From: Eledone cirrhosa | Taxonomy: Eukaryota | Direction of reading: 5' to 3' | Assembly: GCA_964016885.1 (NCBI GenBank) | Contig: OZ024740.1 | Coordinates: forward strand, 99,820,001-99,884,000 | Length of the DNA stretch: 64,000 nucleotides | Shown: one piece after another, positions 52,044 to 64,000 of the stretch | Layout of the letters: every line of letters begins with the position of its first letter | Numbering within the stretch: the stretch's first letter is position 1 | Notes under the pieces: model-generated | Seen by the model: only the letters and a program-made list of their open reading frames with translations | What the model was told of the DNA's origin: nothing | The model's database searches: none | Position numbers and translations under genes: made by a program

Positions 52044-55000
52044 ATGGATGTGTTAAGAGTAGGATGTTTGAATGCACGTGGTCTGGGCTCAACTTGGAAG
52101 CAAGCAAAGCTTCTAAATGACCTCAGGTCACGTGGTATAAATGTAATGGTTATCTGTGAGACTCGGATCAGCGTCGTGCGGCAGCTGGCCCCTACCTTCG
52201 ATGACTTTGAGGTGCATGCATCTCTCTGTCAACCTGGAGATGGGGGTGGGGTTGTCGTACTGCTGGAAAATCACCTGGGTCTCACCGTACAGGTTGTTCA
52301 CTCGGACCTAAAGGGTCGTTTATTGGTGCTAGACGTTGGCAGTAGTGTAGGTGCGGCCTTGAGACTGGTCGCAATCTACTCCCCTTTCGGAGCTGAACAG
52401 CTCGACTACTTCCAGCGTTTGGAGACTTTTTTGGGAACGTCGCGTTCCCTGCTTCTAGCGGGGGATTGGAATGACATCCTAGATGCACGTTGGGACTATC
52501 CAGGAGCATGTCCTAATAGAGGGGGGTGTAACAGCCTCAAGGGGTTACTCGACCGTTTTAACTTGGTCGATAGATTTCGACTAGATTTTCCAACTGTGCC
52601 AACCTGGACTTGGACGAACCACAGTGGTCAATCTAGATCGTACTTAGATAGATTCTTAGTTAGAAGTAAGGATAGGGACATATTAAGCTGTCCAGAAATG
52701 CTCACGGTTGGTTATACGGATCACAAATTAGTGACCTGCGTAGTCAATCTCGAGAAAACACATAAACAGGGTCCCGGTTACTGGAAACTTAATTTGTCTT
52801 TACCGGCAAAAGAGACTTACAGAAACCGGATTAGCAGATTAGTTAAGGAGAGGTTGACGGGTGCAATCGTCAACAACCGATGGTGGGCATCTCTCAAAAG
52901 AGAGATTAGAACAGAATCAATAATTTATAGCAAGATGTTAGCTGCCGATAGGAATAGAAACGAGAAAGAATTAACAGGTAAATTAGGAGAAGCAATCAAG
53001 AGCGAAGATGTGGCCAGAGTGCTGGCATCGAGGACGGCCTTGAACCAGTTTTTCGATGCAAAGCACGAAGGCTGCGTCATTCGAAGTAAAATACGTGCTC
53101 TAGGTAATGAGGGGGCCAAAGCCGTTGGCTGGGCCCGCGTGACAGAAGCTAAGAGTGGAAATCGAACCACCATCCGGTCTTTGCAAGACGAGGATGGACG
53201 GGTGATCCGGGAGCCTAAGCAGATGTGCGAGGCCTTTCAAAGGCACTTTGCCCGATTATTCGGGGGAGGCGAGGGTCCGGGCGGTGACGTGGATCTCGGT
53301 CCATACCTCGACGGCCTGCCGCGTCTCTCGAGCGAAGAGGCAGAGTCCTGCGAGGGACCAATCTCGGCTGATGAGATCGGGGATGCGCTGAGCCAATGCA
53401 GCAGACACAAATCTCCAGGTCTCGATGGTATACCTTACGAACTTTATTTAGCAATGCCGGTCTTCTTCTCCGAACTCCTCGAAGCGGTCTGCTGCAATTG
53501 GCAGCAGAACGGGAGAATTCCTTGTTCTGTAACCAAGGGCGTAGTCTCGCTGGTGAGGAAGGACGAGAACAAGGGGGATAGTATAAATAATTTTCGGCCC
53601 ATAACCTTGCTAAACACAGGGTTAAAGATTTTGGCCAAGGTGATAGCAAAGAGGTTGGCGCTTGTCGTGGGTGGCCTGGTGGGAGATGCGCAGACATGTG
53701 CTATCCCATCCAGGTCCATTCACGATAACCTCCACCTCATGCAATACATCATAGAGAGGGTTGGCAACAAACCCGGCTTCGGTGGGGCCCTGATCAACTT
53801 GGATCAGTCTAAGGCATTCGATAGGGTCGACCATGGTTACCTGGATGCGGTGCTAGCGGCGGCTGGGTTCGGTCCTGTTTTCAGAGGCTGGATCACTGCC
53901 TTACATAACAACCACATCTGTTCTATGATCAAGGTGAACGGCTACCTCTCGAAGCCGTTCGAAATCACAAGATACATTCGACAGGGGTGCCCTCTCTCCT
54001 CCCTTCTGTACGTATTGACTCTCGAGCCTTTACTGAGGAAGTTGGAGTTGTTGCAGGGTATCCCCCTGGAACCAGGATTGAGCAAAGCGGTGTCGGCCTA
54101 CGCCGATGAAGTAACAGTCATGGTATCGACCGACTCGGAGATCGAGGCGATCGGTACCTTACTGGAGTATTACGAAAGGTTCTCAGGAGCGAAACTGAAC
54201 CGGGAAAAATCCATCGGGCTGCAACTCGGAACGTGGAGAGGCAGACCGATGCCTCCCGACGGTGTCGTCCGACACTGGACGGATGGCCCGGTGAAGTTGC
54301 TTGGGGTCTGGTTTGGACCGGACCTCCAGGTGGAAAAAAACTGGGACGAGTTACGAACAAGGTGTTTGCACTAACCCAGAAATGGGCCAAGTGTAAGCTG
54401 TCCCTAAAAGGTCGGGCGGAGGTGGCGAACATTTACATAGCGTCCGTCACTTACTACCACTTGACTGTCGTGCCTTGCCCTAAGGAAACACTCACCACCA
54501 TGGAACGCATGCTCTTCCAATTTCTTTGGAAGAAGCGGCCTCCTATGGTGAAAAGATCCATCTGCTGCCAACAACCTTCGAAAGGAGGGCTGGGGATGCC
54601 GTGGTTGATGATGCGTAGGCACGCATTAAGGCTACGGCACCTACAGGTATTCCTCACTGGTCAACCGGTGTGGGCTCCGTTCGTGAAACGAGCCTTTCCG
54701 AGACTCGTCTCGCTCACCGAGCTGCAGTCCTGGGTCAAGCAAAGATCCGGAAAACTGGGAGACTGGCACACTGAGTGTGCCCAGGCGCTCAGGGCTCTCT
54801 GGTAAGCGGGACAGGCCATCGGTGGAGAATCCACCTCATCATTCTATAGAGGGCTGGTGGCTAGCAGGGGCGATGACACCCTTGGAGAGTCGCTGTACAT
54901 GGAAGAGGACGAACTGGCCAGCCTGTTCGGTAGGACTTTCGGCCCGGGACCAATGGACAACTTCCAGAAGTCACTAGCCTGGCAGTGCTACCGGGGGGCT

Positions 55001-55492
55001 CTACCCGTTCGAGAGAGGCTCTACAGACACGGGCGCCCGGGCAGGGATCCCTCGAAAAAGATTTGCCCTAGATGCGTGCGTCACGAAGAAACCGTTGCGC
55101 ACGCATTGGTGCAATGTCCGGGCGTGGCTGATCTGTGGGGCTACGCCGAACGACTGCTGTCGCGGATGGCGCCGATTCGATTGACCGCCGAGTCCGTGAT
55201 GACAATCAAGCCGCCTCCCCTCTTCACAAAGGAAGCAAAGGCGGTTTTTCTGTGCGTAATAGCCATGTTGAAAGAGGTTGTTTGGTGGACACGATTGAAA
55301 GGTCTGAGGTCAGGCAACTTCCTCTCTGGCCATAGTCTGGTCTACTTATTCCGATATCACTTCGGAAGAAGGATAAGAATAGAGAGAGAGGTGCTTGGCC
55401 ACAGGCAGTTTTATGAAAGGTGGGTGATAGTGGCGAGAATGGCTCGTGTAAATGGGCCTTCACTGTATACTATCCTGTGGGTAAAGAAGTGA
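52044..55492 (+). pseudogene. Tx1 ORF2 (APE endonuclease + RT + zinc knuckle), with a frameshift near 54350 and a stop at 54803-54805
   Basis: LNARGL, ICETR, AGDWN, SYLDRF, TDHK, GYWKLN, KSPGLDG, FRPITLLN, LDQSKAFDRVDH, QGCPLS, YADEV, CPRC..ETVAHALVQC. Confidence 0.92.
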
Positions 55493-55700
55493 AGGAGAGG
55501 GGAGCACCTTCTCCATGTGCTCCCCGGGAAAAGGATTGCACACTTTTTCGTCACGTCCCCTCCGTTTTGAGGTTGTTTTCGATTATTTTCATTTTACACC
55601 CTTTTTACTCGATTTTATGTAAACTCCCCCTTTGTATTTATCCCTTCTTTTTATGCCTTTATGGTAAATAAAGAAATATATCTATCTATCTATCTATCTA

Positions 55701-58700
55701 ATGGGATGGAAACACGTATGAAAGTTCTGCTTAAATTTCTATAGAAATTTTTGACTGTGAGCCTTCACTTTTATACCAATTTGTAGAGGGACTGCCAGGT
55801 CAAATTTTAATCTGGCCAGTCTCTCAAAATATTCTACGCCCTTAGGCGAAATAGTTCATGAAAAAGATTTTTGGGTAAACTAACGTTTTAAAAAAATATG
55901 CCTGAAGCAACAACTTCTTCGCCATCATTCGAAGGCGGAAAAGTGAAGATATGCTAGCAGCTTCCCCCTTCCACTCTCATAGTAGCAGATGTCTCAGACA
56001 AAGGTCACAGAGAGGAAGGGTTTTCTCCACCTGCTGACCGACTACTTGACGTTGCCATAGCAACAAACCAAAACCAAAAGTGTGAAACAATGAACAAAAA
56101 CAACACAACCGGCACCAACAGCAACAATAACAAGAACAACAAAAACAACTCCAGCACAAACGAAAACAACCAAACACAAAAAAAAAAAACGTTTTCCGAA
56201 AGCCTTGCCAAAGAGACAGTTTATAGAAATAAATCTGTCAAACCAAGCGCAGCACCTAATGGACACTGCGCAACATATAACTTTCGAAGTTAACGGCTTT
56301 CGAATAAGTACCCCACCGGAAATTAGGGCCGCGACGTTAAGCAAAACAATTTTCTTCCGGACGATCTGCTCACAAACCAAGAAACCTATGGCTTTAAGCA
56401 ATAGTACGATGGAAACCGCACTAAAGGAGACAATGCCAGACATTGCTTACCTACAGAGGGCCAAGCAGTACGGAGGCATCTCGGTGCTCTCTAAAAGCGA
56501 GGCTCTCGCCCGGAAATATTCGGTGGCTCCAATTAGAACGAACCAACACATCTTCTTCCCAACTTACATGGGAAGAAGAACTCATAAAATAAGGATCTCC
56601 CAGATCCAACCGAACACCAACATTTGGTGGATCCTGGGTGGTTTTTGTAAGAGGGTGAAGACAACGACCTCTCTGTAAAAAATTCAATCCGACAGAACTG
56701 GAACGGGACCTCAATGGAGCTTTTGGTTCAAATGAAACAGGAGAGGATTGAAAAAATACCGGAAAGGGTGCCGGTGGATGATAACAATGTTGTCCACATC
56801 GCAGTGGAGGGCAAATTACCACAATGTTTCAAATATGGAAAAAAACATACATTTAAAAGCATTTTGCCCAATGCTGGATGTGGAAAAAAGAAAGCGTTGT
56901 TGCCAACGACAAAACTACAACAGACTCACCCGAAAACAAAAAACACAACCCCCCCAAACCATCAACATTCACCCAACCATCACAAACCACAAAAGACACC
57001 ACACCAAAAATTCCCCTGAAGGACTCTGTCCCACCCCTTCCCTCTCTGTCCAACACTCCCACAAACACACACACAAACATTCCACCACCTCACAATATAC
57101 CCCTCCCACCTACACACAATGATAACACCTCAGACACGGGAACCTCAACATCTCCAAGTGAGGATGAAGAAGAACTCCAAAAATCCGAGAAGCAAAAGAC
57201 GCACTAAAAATACAACAAAAACATCAACTGAAAACACGCACACACCCAACACTGACATAAACATACCGCCACAAACGACAACCACACCAACAACACAACC
57301 AGACACTACACCAACAAAACAAACACCCACACCACCATAATCACAAACCCCAATCACAAAAAGAAAACTACAAATAGAAGCAGTACACAAAAAACAAAAC
57401 ACATTGCACATACATAAAAACAAGAAACAAAGAACTGGTGGAAACTGTCCGAAAGGACCCCACAATACAAACGGAAGGGAAAACATTCCCCACCAACGAC
57501 TCAACCAAACCTCAAACTTATCAGGGTAACAACCCTACAGTACGAAACTTTAAAAGGGAGCTTCCCACATGATGCGGGTCCCCCTTGCCAAAAACCCCTT
57601 AACCGTGTCCTGCTAAAAGGAATCCCTCCCTCTCTAAACGCCCCCAATCTGGACATGAAGATCGAACAACCCGACCTTCAGGAAACGAAAAAGTAAGTGT
57701 TTCTGCCTTTTCTCTCCTTAACTCTTCTTCACTAACATGGCGACTATATAAGTTGGATATTTGAATGTACGTGGCCTGGGCATGCCCTGGAAACTGGGCC
57801 AGCTTTTAAATGATCTCAGGTCAAATTGTATAGCCATCACCGAGTCCAGGATTCACGACAACCAACAGCTAACCCCCATGTTCGATGATTTTGAGATCTA
57901 CGCATCTCTCTGTCAGCCTGGTGGTGGAGGAGGAGTTGCTGTTCTGTTTCGAAAAAACTTGGAACTCAAAGTACAGACGATTAACTTGGACCCGTAGGGC
58001 AGCCTTTTGGTCCTGGACGTAAATGGGGGTGAAGGTGGGGCTTTCAGACTAGTGGCCGTATATGCCACGACTGGGACATCGCGACCAGAGTTCTTCAAGC
58101 GTCTGGAGCCATTCCTGGGAATTTCAATCCCCTTAGTGTTAGCGGGGAACTGGAATGGCATCTTAGACGCACGTTGGATTTATGTAGGAGCTTGTGATAA
58201 TAGAGGTGGGTGTAATAACCTCAAAAATCTCATCAGCCAATTCAAACTGGCTGATAGATATAGACTAGACTTCCCAAGCGCACCACTGTGGGCGTGGAGC
58301 AACCGCACTGGGTCTTCTAGTTCGTATTTAGATATATTTTTAATTAGACATTAGGAAACATTAAGCTGTCCCCAAATGCAGATGGTTGCCTATTCAGACC
58401 ACAAATTAGTCACCTGTATAGTCAACCTTGATAGAACACATAGACAGGGACCTGGATATTTGAAGCTAAACATGTCGCTCCCGACGAGCAAGGCCTACGG
58501 TAAGCGGATTAGCAACTTAGTTAAGTGCCAGTTGACGGGTGGTGGAGCTCTCTCAAGAGAGCAATTATAATAGAATCGATAGCATTTAGCAAGGCAGTAG
58601 CTTTAGAAAAAAACAAAACTGAAAAGGAACCGGTAGCTAAAGTAGAAGAGGCACTTAGGAATGGCAGTATAGCTGACGTGCTAGCGGCAAGAACGGCACT

Positions 58701-61360
58701 AGACGAGTTCTTCAACGTGAAACACGAAGGTTGTATTGTCAGAAGTAGAACACGTGCTCCAAGAAACGAGGGAGCCAAAGCTGTTAGCTGGGCCCGAGTG
58801 GCAGAGGCGAAAAGTGGCAACAAATCCACAATTCGGTCTTTGCAAGACAAAGATGGACGCATTCTGTTTGAATCCAAGCAGATATGCACGACCTTCCAGC
58901 AGCATTTTGCACAACTGTTTCGGAAAAGCGGTACGTCAAGCGAGGTGATGGACTTCAGTTCCTACCTCGATGGTGTACCACGGCTCTCGAGCACGGATGT
59001 AGAGAGCTGCGAAAGGCCGATCACAGCGGGCGAAATAGAAGATGCCCTAGGCCGCTGCGGGAAACGCAAATCACCTAGTTTAGATGGTCTACCCTAAGAG
59101 TTTTACATAGGCATGCCAGACTTGTTCTCTGGTGTCCTCGAAGCGGTCTACTGCAACTGGCAGCAGAACGGGAGGATTCCCAGTTCTGTAGGCAGGGGTG
59201 TAGTAACGCTGATCAGAAAATATGAGAACAAGGGGGATAAGATAAGCAATTTCAAGCCCATAACTCTGCTCAACACAGAGTTAAAGATTGTGGCCAAGGT
59301 GATAGCAACAAGGCTGGCGCTTGTCGTCGAGAACCTAGTAGGGGAAGCGCAAACGTGTGCAATCCCGACCAGGTCCATACACAACAACCTCCACCTCATG
59401 CAATACACCATAGAGAGCGTAGGTTGTAAATCTGGCTTCGGTGGGGTTCTGATCAATTTATATCAGTCTAAGGCATTTGGTAGGGTCGACCACCAATACT
59501 TGGAAGCGGTTCTCAAGTGGCCGGCTTTGGGCCCGTCTTCAGAGGCTGGATCGCTGCCATGCACACCAGAATCTGCTCAGCAGTCAAGGCGAATGGCTAC
59601 CTATCGGAGCCATTCCAAATCATGCTTCCATCCGTCATGGATGCCCTCTCTCCTCCATTCTGTATGTACTGAGTCTCGGGCCATTAATGCGGAAGTTGGA
59701 GCTGTTGCAGGGCATCCTGATCGAACCAGGACTGCGGAAAGCAGCGTCAGCCTATGCCGATGAATTAACCGGAATGGTGTCGAAAACCTCGGAAATCGGG
59801 GTAGTCGGCAACCTATTACAGGAATACGAAACGCTGACAGGAGCAAGACTAAACACAAACAAATCTGTCGGTTTGCAACTCGGCACAGGGAGAGGCAAAC
59901 TCATGCCTTCCGACATTGTCGTTGGACGTTGGACGGAAAGTCTGGTGAAATTGCTCAGGGTCTGGTTTGGTCCAGACCTCCAGGTGGACAAGAACTGGAA
60001 CGAGGTCATGGCGAAGGTGTTTGCACTCACCTAGAAGTTGGCTGAGTGCAAACTCCCCTTGAAAGGTCGAGCAGAGGATGAAAACACTTACATAGCGTCC
60101 ATCATCTACTACCACTTGACAGTCGTGCCTTGTCCCCGCGAATACCTCACCAAAATGGATTGCCTACTTTTCAAGTTCCTCTGGAAGAAACAGGCTCCAT
60201 TGGTGAGGAGATCCATCTGTTGTCAACACCCTTCTAACGAAGGGCTAGGCATGCCTCGGCTGATGATGCGCAAACAAGCACTGAGGCTACGCCATCTCCA
60301 GGTATTCCTGACCGGTGAACTCGTGTGGCTGTTGTTTGTGAGACAAGCTCTTCCACAACTCGTCTCACTAACAGAGCTGCAGTCATGGATCAAGCGAAGA
60401 CCGAAAATGAGTGCCTTCAGGCGCTCACAGCTCTCTTCCAAGAAGAAACGACAATCAGCGGGGACTCTACTTCGAGATTCTATAGGGGGTTAGTGGAGGA
60501 TAAGTGCGACAACATTCTCGGGGAAACTCTAGGCATCGAGGAGGACGATCTGACTAGTCTGTTCTAGAGGACTTTCCGTCCAGAGCCTATGGATAACTTC
60601 CAGTGGTCTCTGGCCAGGCAGTGCTACCGAGGAGCTCTACCAGTTCGAGACAAAATCTACAGGCACGGACGCCCTGGCAGAGATCCTGCCAAAGGACCTG
60701 TCTAAGACCCAAGCAGGACATCGAAACCGTTCTGCACGCAATTGTTCAGTGACCAGGGGTAAGTGACCTGTAGAATTATGTTGAAAAGCTACTGTCACGT
60801 GTGGGACGCATCCAGTTGCCAGCCGACTCCATCGTGAGTATCAACCCGCCGCCTTCATTTAAGAATGAAGGAGAGGCGATTTTCCTCTGTCTGGTGGCTA
60901 TGGCGAAAGAGGTAATATGGTGGACTGAGGGCAAACACCTTTCTCTCCGGACAACAACTTATCCCCTTCTTTAAGTACCACTTCAGAAGGAAGGTGAGTG
61001 GGGAGAGAGAGGTGCTACACCCCAGTAAATTCCCTGAAAGGTGGGTGAATGTGGCGAAAATGGGCCGAGTGAATGGGCCTTCTCTGTATATAAACCTGTA
61101 GTTTGAGGAAGATAAACAGAGGGAAGACAGGAACACCTACAAAACCTGTTCCTGGTGTTGAGAGTTATTCTATCCACGGGGTGTAAAACAACCCTGCAGT
61201 AACATTTCCCCCTATTGGGTATTTCAATTGTTATTTTATTATATATAGTTTAATGTTATTTATTAATTTTAAAGTTATATGATTTTTATGTAAAACCTCC
61301 GCCGTCATGTCTCGTAATGTGCCTTTTTTCGTACGGCCCTGTGTCAAATAAAGAAAGATA
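55701..61360 (+). mobile_element. Tx1-clade LINE copy C, full length, heavily decayed
   Basis: ORF1 remnants at about 55900-57696; ORF2 remnants at 57737-61101 collinear with copy B; AATAAA at 61347, then a degenerate (TCTA)n. Confidence 0.9.
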
Positions 61361-62139
61361 TCTATCTATCTGTCTATCCATCTATCTGTTTGTTTACCTA
61401 TCTATCTACCTACCCTCCACTATCTCTCTCTCTCTCGATAAAAATCTTATAAATAAGATATTTACATACTCAGCTATAAATAACAACGTAAACCCAACCG
61501 CTCTATATTCACCATTAAATCCCGAAACTAATTCTGACTCACCTTCCACAAAATCAAAAGGAGCAAAATGAGTTTCAGTAATAGTCGAAACTACTCATAT
61601 AAATATTTAAAAAATAATTTTTTTTAAAACCCAACAAAACAACTGATATTTTAATAAACTTAATACATTTAATCTTCCTACCATTAATAAACAACTTATT
61701 ATAATTAAAGATATTCTTACTTCATAAGATATATTCTGAGTAACCAGACAAACAGAACCTAATAAAGCATATTTAGAATTAGAAAGCCAACCTGCTCCTA
61801 TAACCCAATATACACCAATTCTTGAAACACATAAAAGCAAAATTATTCTTAATCCTCCTATAAGTACTAAAAAATAACTATTATATGATATTCATAAAAA
61901 AAAAGAGCAAAAAAAAAGACTTAAAAAGGGTGAATTAAAAAAGGAACATAATTTACAACCGGTTTGACATACTTTTTTGGAAATAACTTTAAAGCATCTT
62001 CTAATGTCTGAGGCAACCCTATAAATCCAACTTTATTGGGATCTTTTCAATTCTGAAAATATCTTAATCCTTTTCGCACTAATAAAGTAAAAAGACCAGC
62101 CCCGAGAGGGGGATTAGAAGAAAAATTCATCCAGTAAAT

Positions 62140-62645
62140 AGAGAAAGGGGAGAATTTGGTGTTATTGATATAAAGAAGAAGATTGGAAAAGAGTTTTGTG
62201 TAGTACATATAGAGAAGGGAATTGGTAAGAGAGTTCCGTGTAATAGATATAGATAGGGGAAGAGTTTGGTGCTAATTGATAGAGAGAAGATGATTGGAAG
62301 TAAGCACCAAGTAGTATTTATAGAGAGAGGGAGACTTTTCTGTTAATTGATATTGAGAGGGGGATAATTGTGTAGTGACAGTTAGAGTGAGATGGAATGA
62401 GAGAGAGTTTTTATGGTAGGTATAGAGAGGGGGGGGGGATAGTTTGGTGGTAATTGATATAGTGAGGAGTTTGGGAGAGTGTGTTGTATATTGGATATAT
62501 AGAGAGGGAGAGATTGATGTTTATTGATATAGAGAGTGGGATTGGAAGAGAGTTCCATGTAGTAGATATACAGAGGGGAAGAGTTTGGTGTTAATTGATA
62601 CGGAGAGGTAGATTGGAAGAGGTTTCTGTGTAATAGATATAGGGC
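62140..62645 (+). repeat. Degenerate purine-rich tandem repeat (unit about 65-75 bp)
   Basis: Recurrent GAGTTTGGTG.TAATTGATATAGAGAG..ATTGGAAGAGAGTTCC.TGTA.TAGATATAGAG. Confidence 0.8.
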
Positions 62646-62708
62646 TGATATATCGAGCTCCTTCATATTTGGTAATAAAATGGTATTATACCCAATTTAT
62701 TCATATCC

Positions 62709-62781
<73 letters not shown>

Positions 62782-62850
62782 ATTGATTTATTATGGATAT
62801 TGTTGAGCTGTGTTACTCTAAAGTTTCATCTGTGCATTCACAGGATCACC

Positions 62851-62905
62851 AGTCTTGTCTGATGATCCTGTAAGTACCCAGGTGAAACTCCAGAATAATA
62901 AGGCT
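62851..62905 (+). ncRNA. Type I hammerhead-like motif with canonical core
   Basis: AGTCTTGT-CTGATGA-T CCTG taagtacc CAGG T-GAAA-CTCCAGAA-TA-ATAAGGCT. Stem I has 8 bp (2 wobbles); stem III is imperfect. Confidence 0.7.
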
Positions 62906-63109
62906 CATCACTTAGCCATAATAAATGAATATTTAAACTCTATTTCAGTATTGAGTTTGCATTCTTACACCCGTTAATAATTCACGTACTCCCAGGTCTA
63001 ATTATTTATTTTACATTAAAAAACATTATATACGACAAAAAAAGAACATTACAAGAAATCCCATATTTATGAACGTAAACTATACAATTGCCTATTTCCA
63101 AAGACGCCC

Positions 63110-64000
63110 CTATTCCCACCCCTCCAATTATTTGGCACAGTCTCTCTGTCTACTACACGGAATTCTTCCATTATCCTTTCTCTATATCTGCAACCACCAA
63201 ATTCTCCCCCTCTCTATATCTAACATACAAAATGCTCTCCCAATCCTCATCTTTATATCAATCATCTCCAAACTCTGCCATCGCCATCTCTACCACGCTC
63301 TCTCGTAATCGTTCTCTCTATATCCATCAAAAACTGCCCCACTATATATTTTACGATAATGTCTCTGCCAATTACCCTCTCCATATTTAGCAATATTTAT
63401 CCCTCTCAACACTCGATTTGGCAGTATCGGTAGAGGGTCGGACGCCATGCTTTGGAGTATAGAGTTACGGCCCTTTATGGTCTGAGTTCAAATCCCGCCG
63501 AGGTCATTGCTGGCCTTGTGCCAAATGTAGAAACAATTATATCTACAAGTATTGGAATCTACACCTCTTTATATCTACTACACGACACACTCTCTCTCTC
63601 AATCCCCCTCAATATATCAATTACCTCCAAACTCTACCCCTCTCTATATCTACTACACGGAACTCTTTTTCCATCCTCTTCTCTATATCAATTTACACCA
63701 AAGTCTCTCTCCTCTCTATATATATTATAGGTACTCTTTTCCAATCACCCGCTCTATATCAATTAGCACCAAACTCTCCCCCTCTGTATCTGCTACACGA
63801 AACACTCTTCCAGTACTCCTCTCTATATAAATTAACACCAAACACTCCCCTTCTGTATATCTACTACATGGAACTCTTCCAATCCCACTCTCTATATAAA
63901 TAAATATCAATATTTCCCCCACTCTATATCTAATATACAACACTCTCCCAACACCCCTAACTATATCAATTACCACCAAACTATCTCCCATCTCTGTATC
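63110..64000 (-). repeat. Same tandem repeat as 62140-62645, in the opposite orientation
   Basis: CTCTATATCAATTA.CACCAAACTCTCCCC.CTCT.TATCTACTACACGGAACTCTT recurs; it runs off the window end. Confidence 0.8.
63416..63540 (+). mobile_element. Family A SINE lacking the central domain, inserted in the satellite
   Basis: A and B boxes are present; GAGGTC joins directly to ATTGCTGGCCTTGTGCC. Confidence 0.8.

Larger units (their letters stand above)
49871..55680 (+). mobile_element. Tx1-clade LINE copy B, full length
   Basis: 5' UTR, ORF1, ORF2, AATAAA at 55667, then (TCTA)5. Confidence 0.93.

Overview
AT-rich eukaryotic genomic DNA. It is probably from a cephalopod mollusc, an inference from the SINE type and microsatellite load. 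I found no host protein-coding gene; the window is essentially a nest of transposable elements embedded in (TA)n, (GT)n and (TCTA)n microsatellites. It contains: two decayed Dong/R4 (RT plus restriction-like endonuclease) LINEs; tRNA-type SINEs; hAT- and pogo-type MITEs; a complete 1.9-kb non-coding LTR element with a 4-bp TSD; a truncated Gypsy; RTE and Ingi/Vingi-like fragments; Helitron ends; and a 13.5-kb head-to-tail array of divergent Tx1 LINEs separated by (TCTA)n. The most unusual signal is a set of four Penelope-like (Naiad-type) insertions, each built as an inverted-repeat hairpin next to TA-rich sites. The window also holds several hammerhead ribozyme motifs read directly from the sequence, three with the compensatory U3-A8 core (UUGAnAA). 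A perfect 240-bp palindrome and a foldback-like pair of inverted satellite arrays are also present. Boundaries of decayed elements are approximate and were read by eye.
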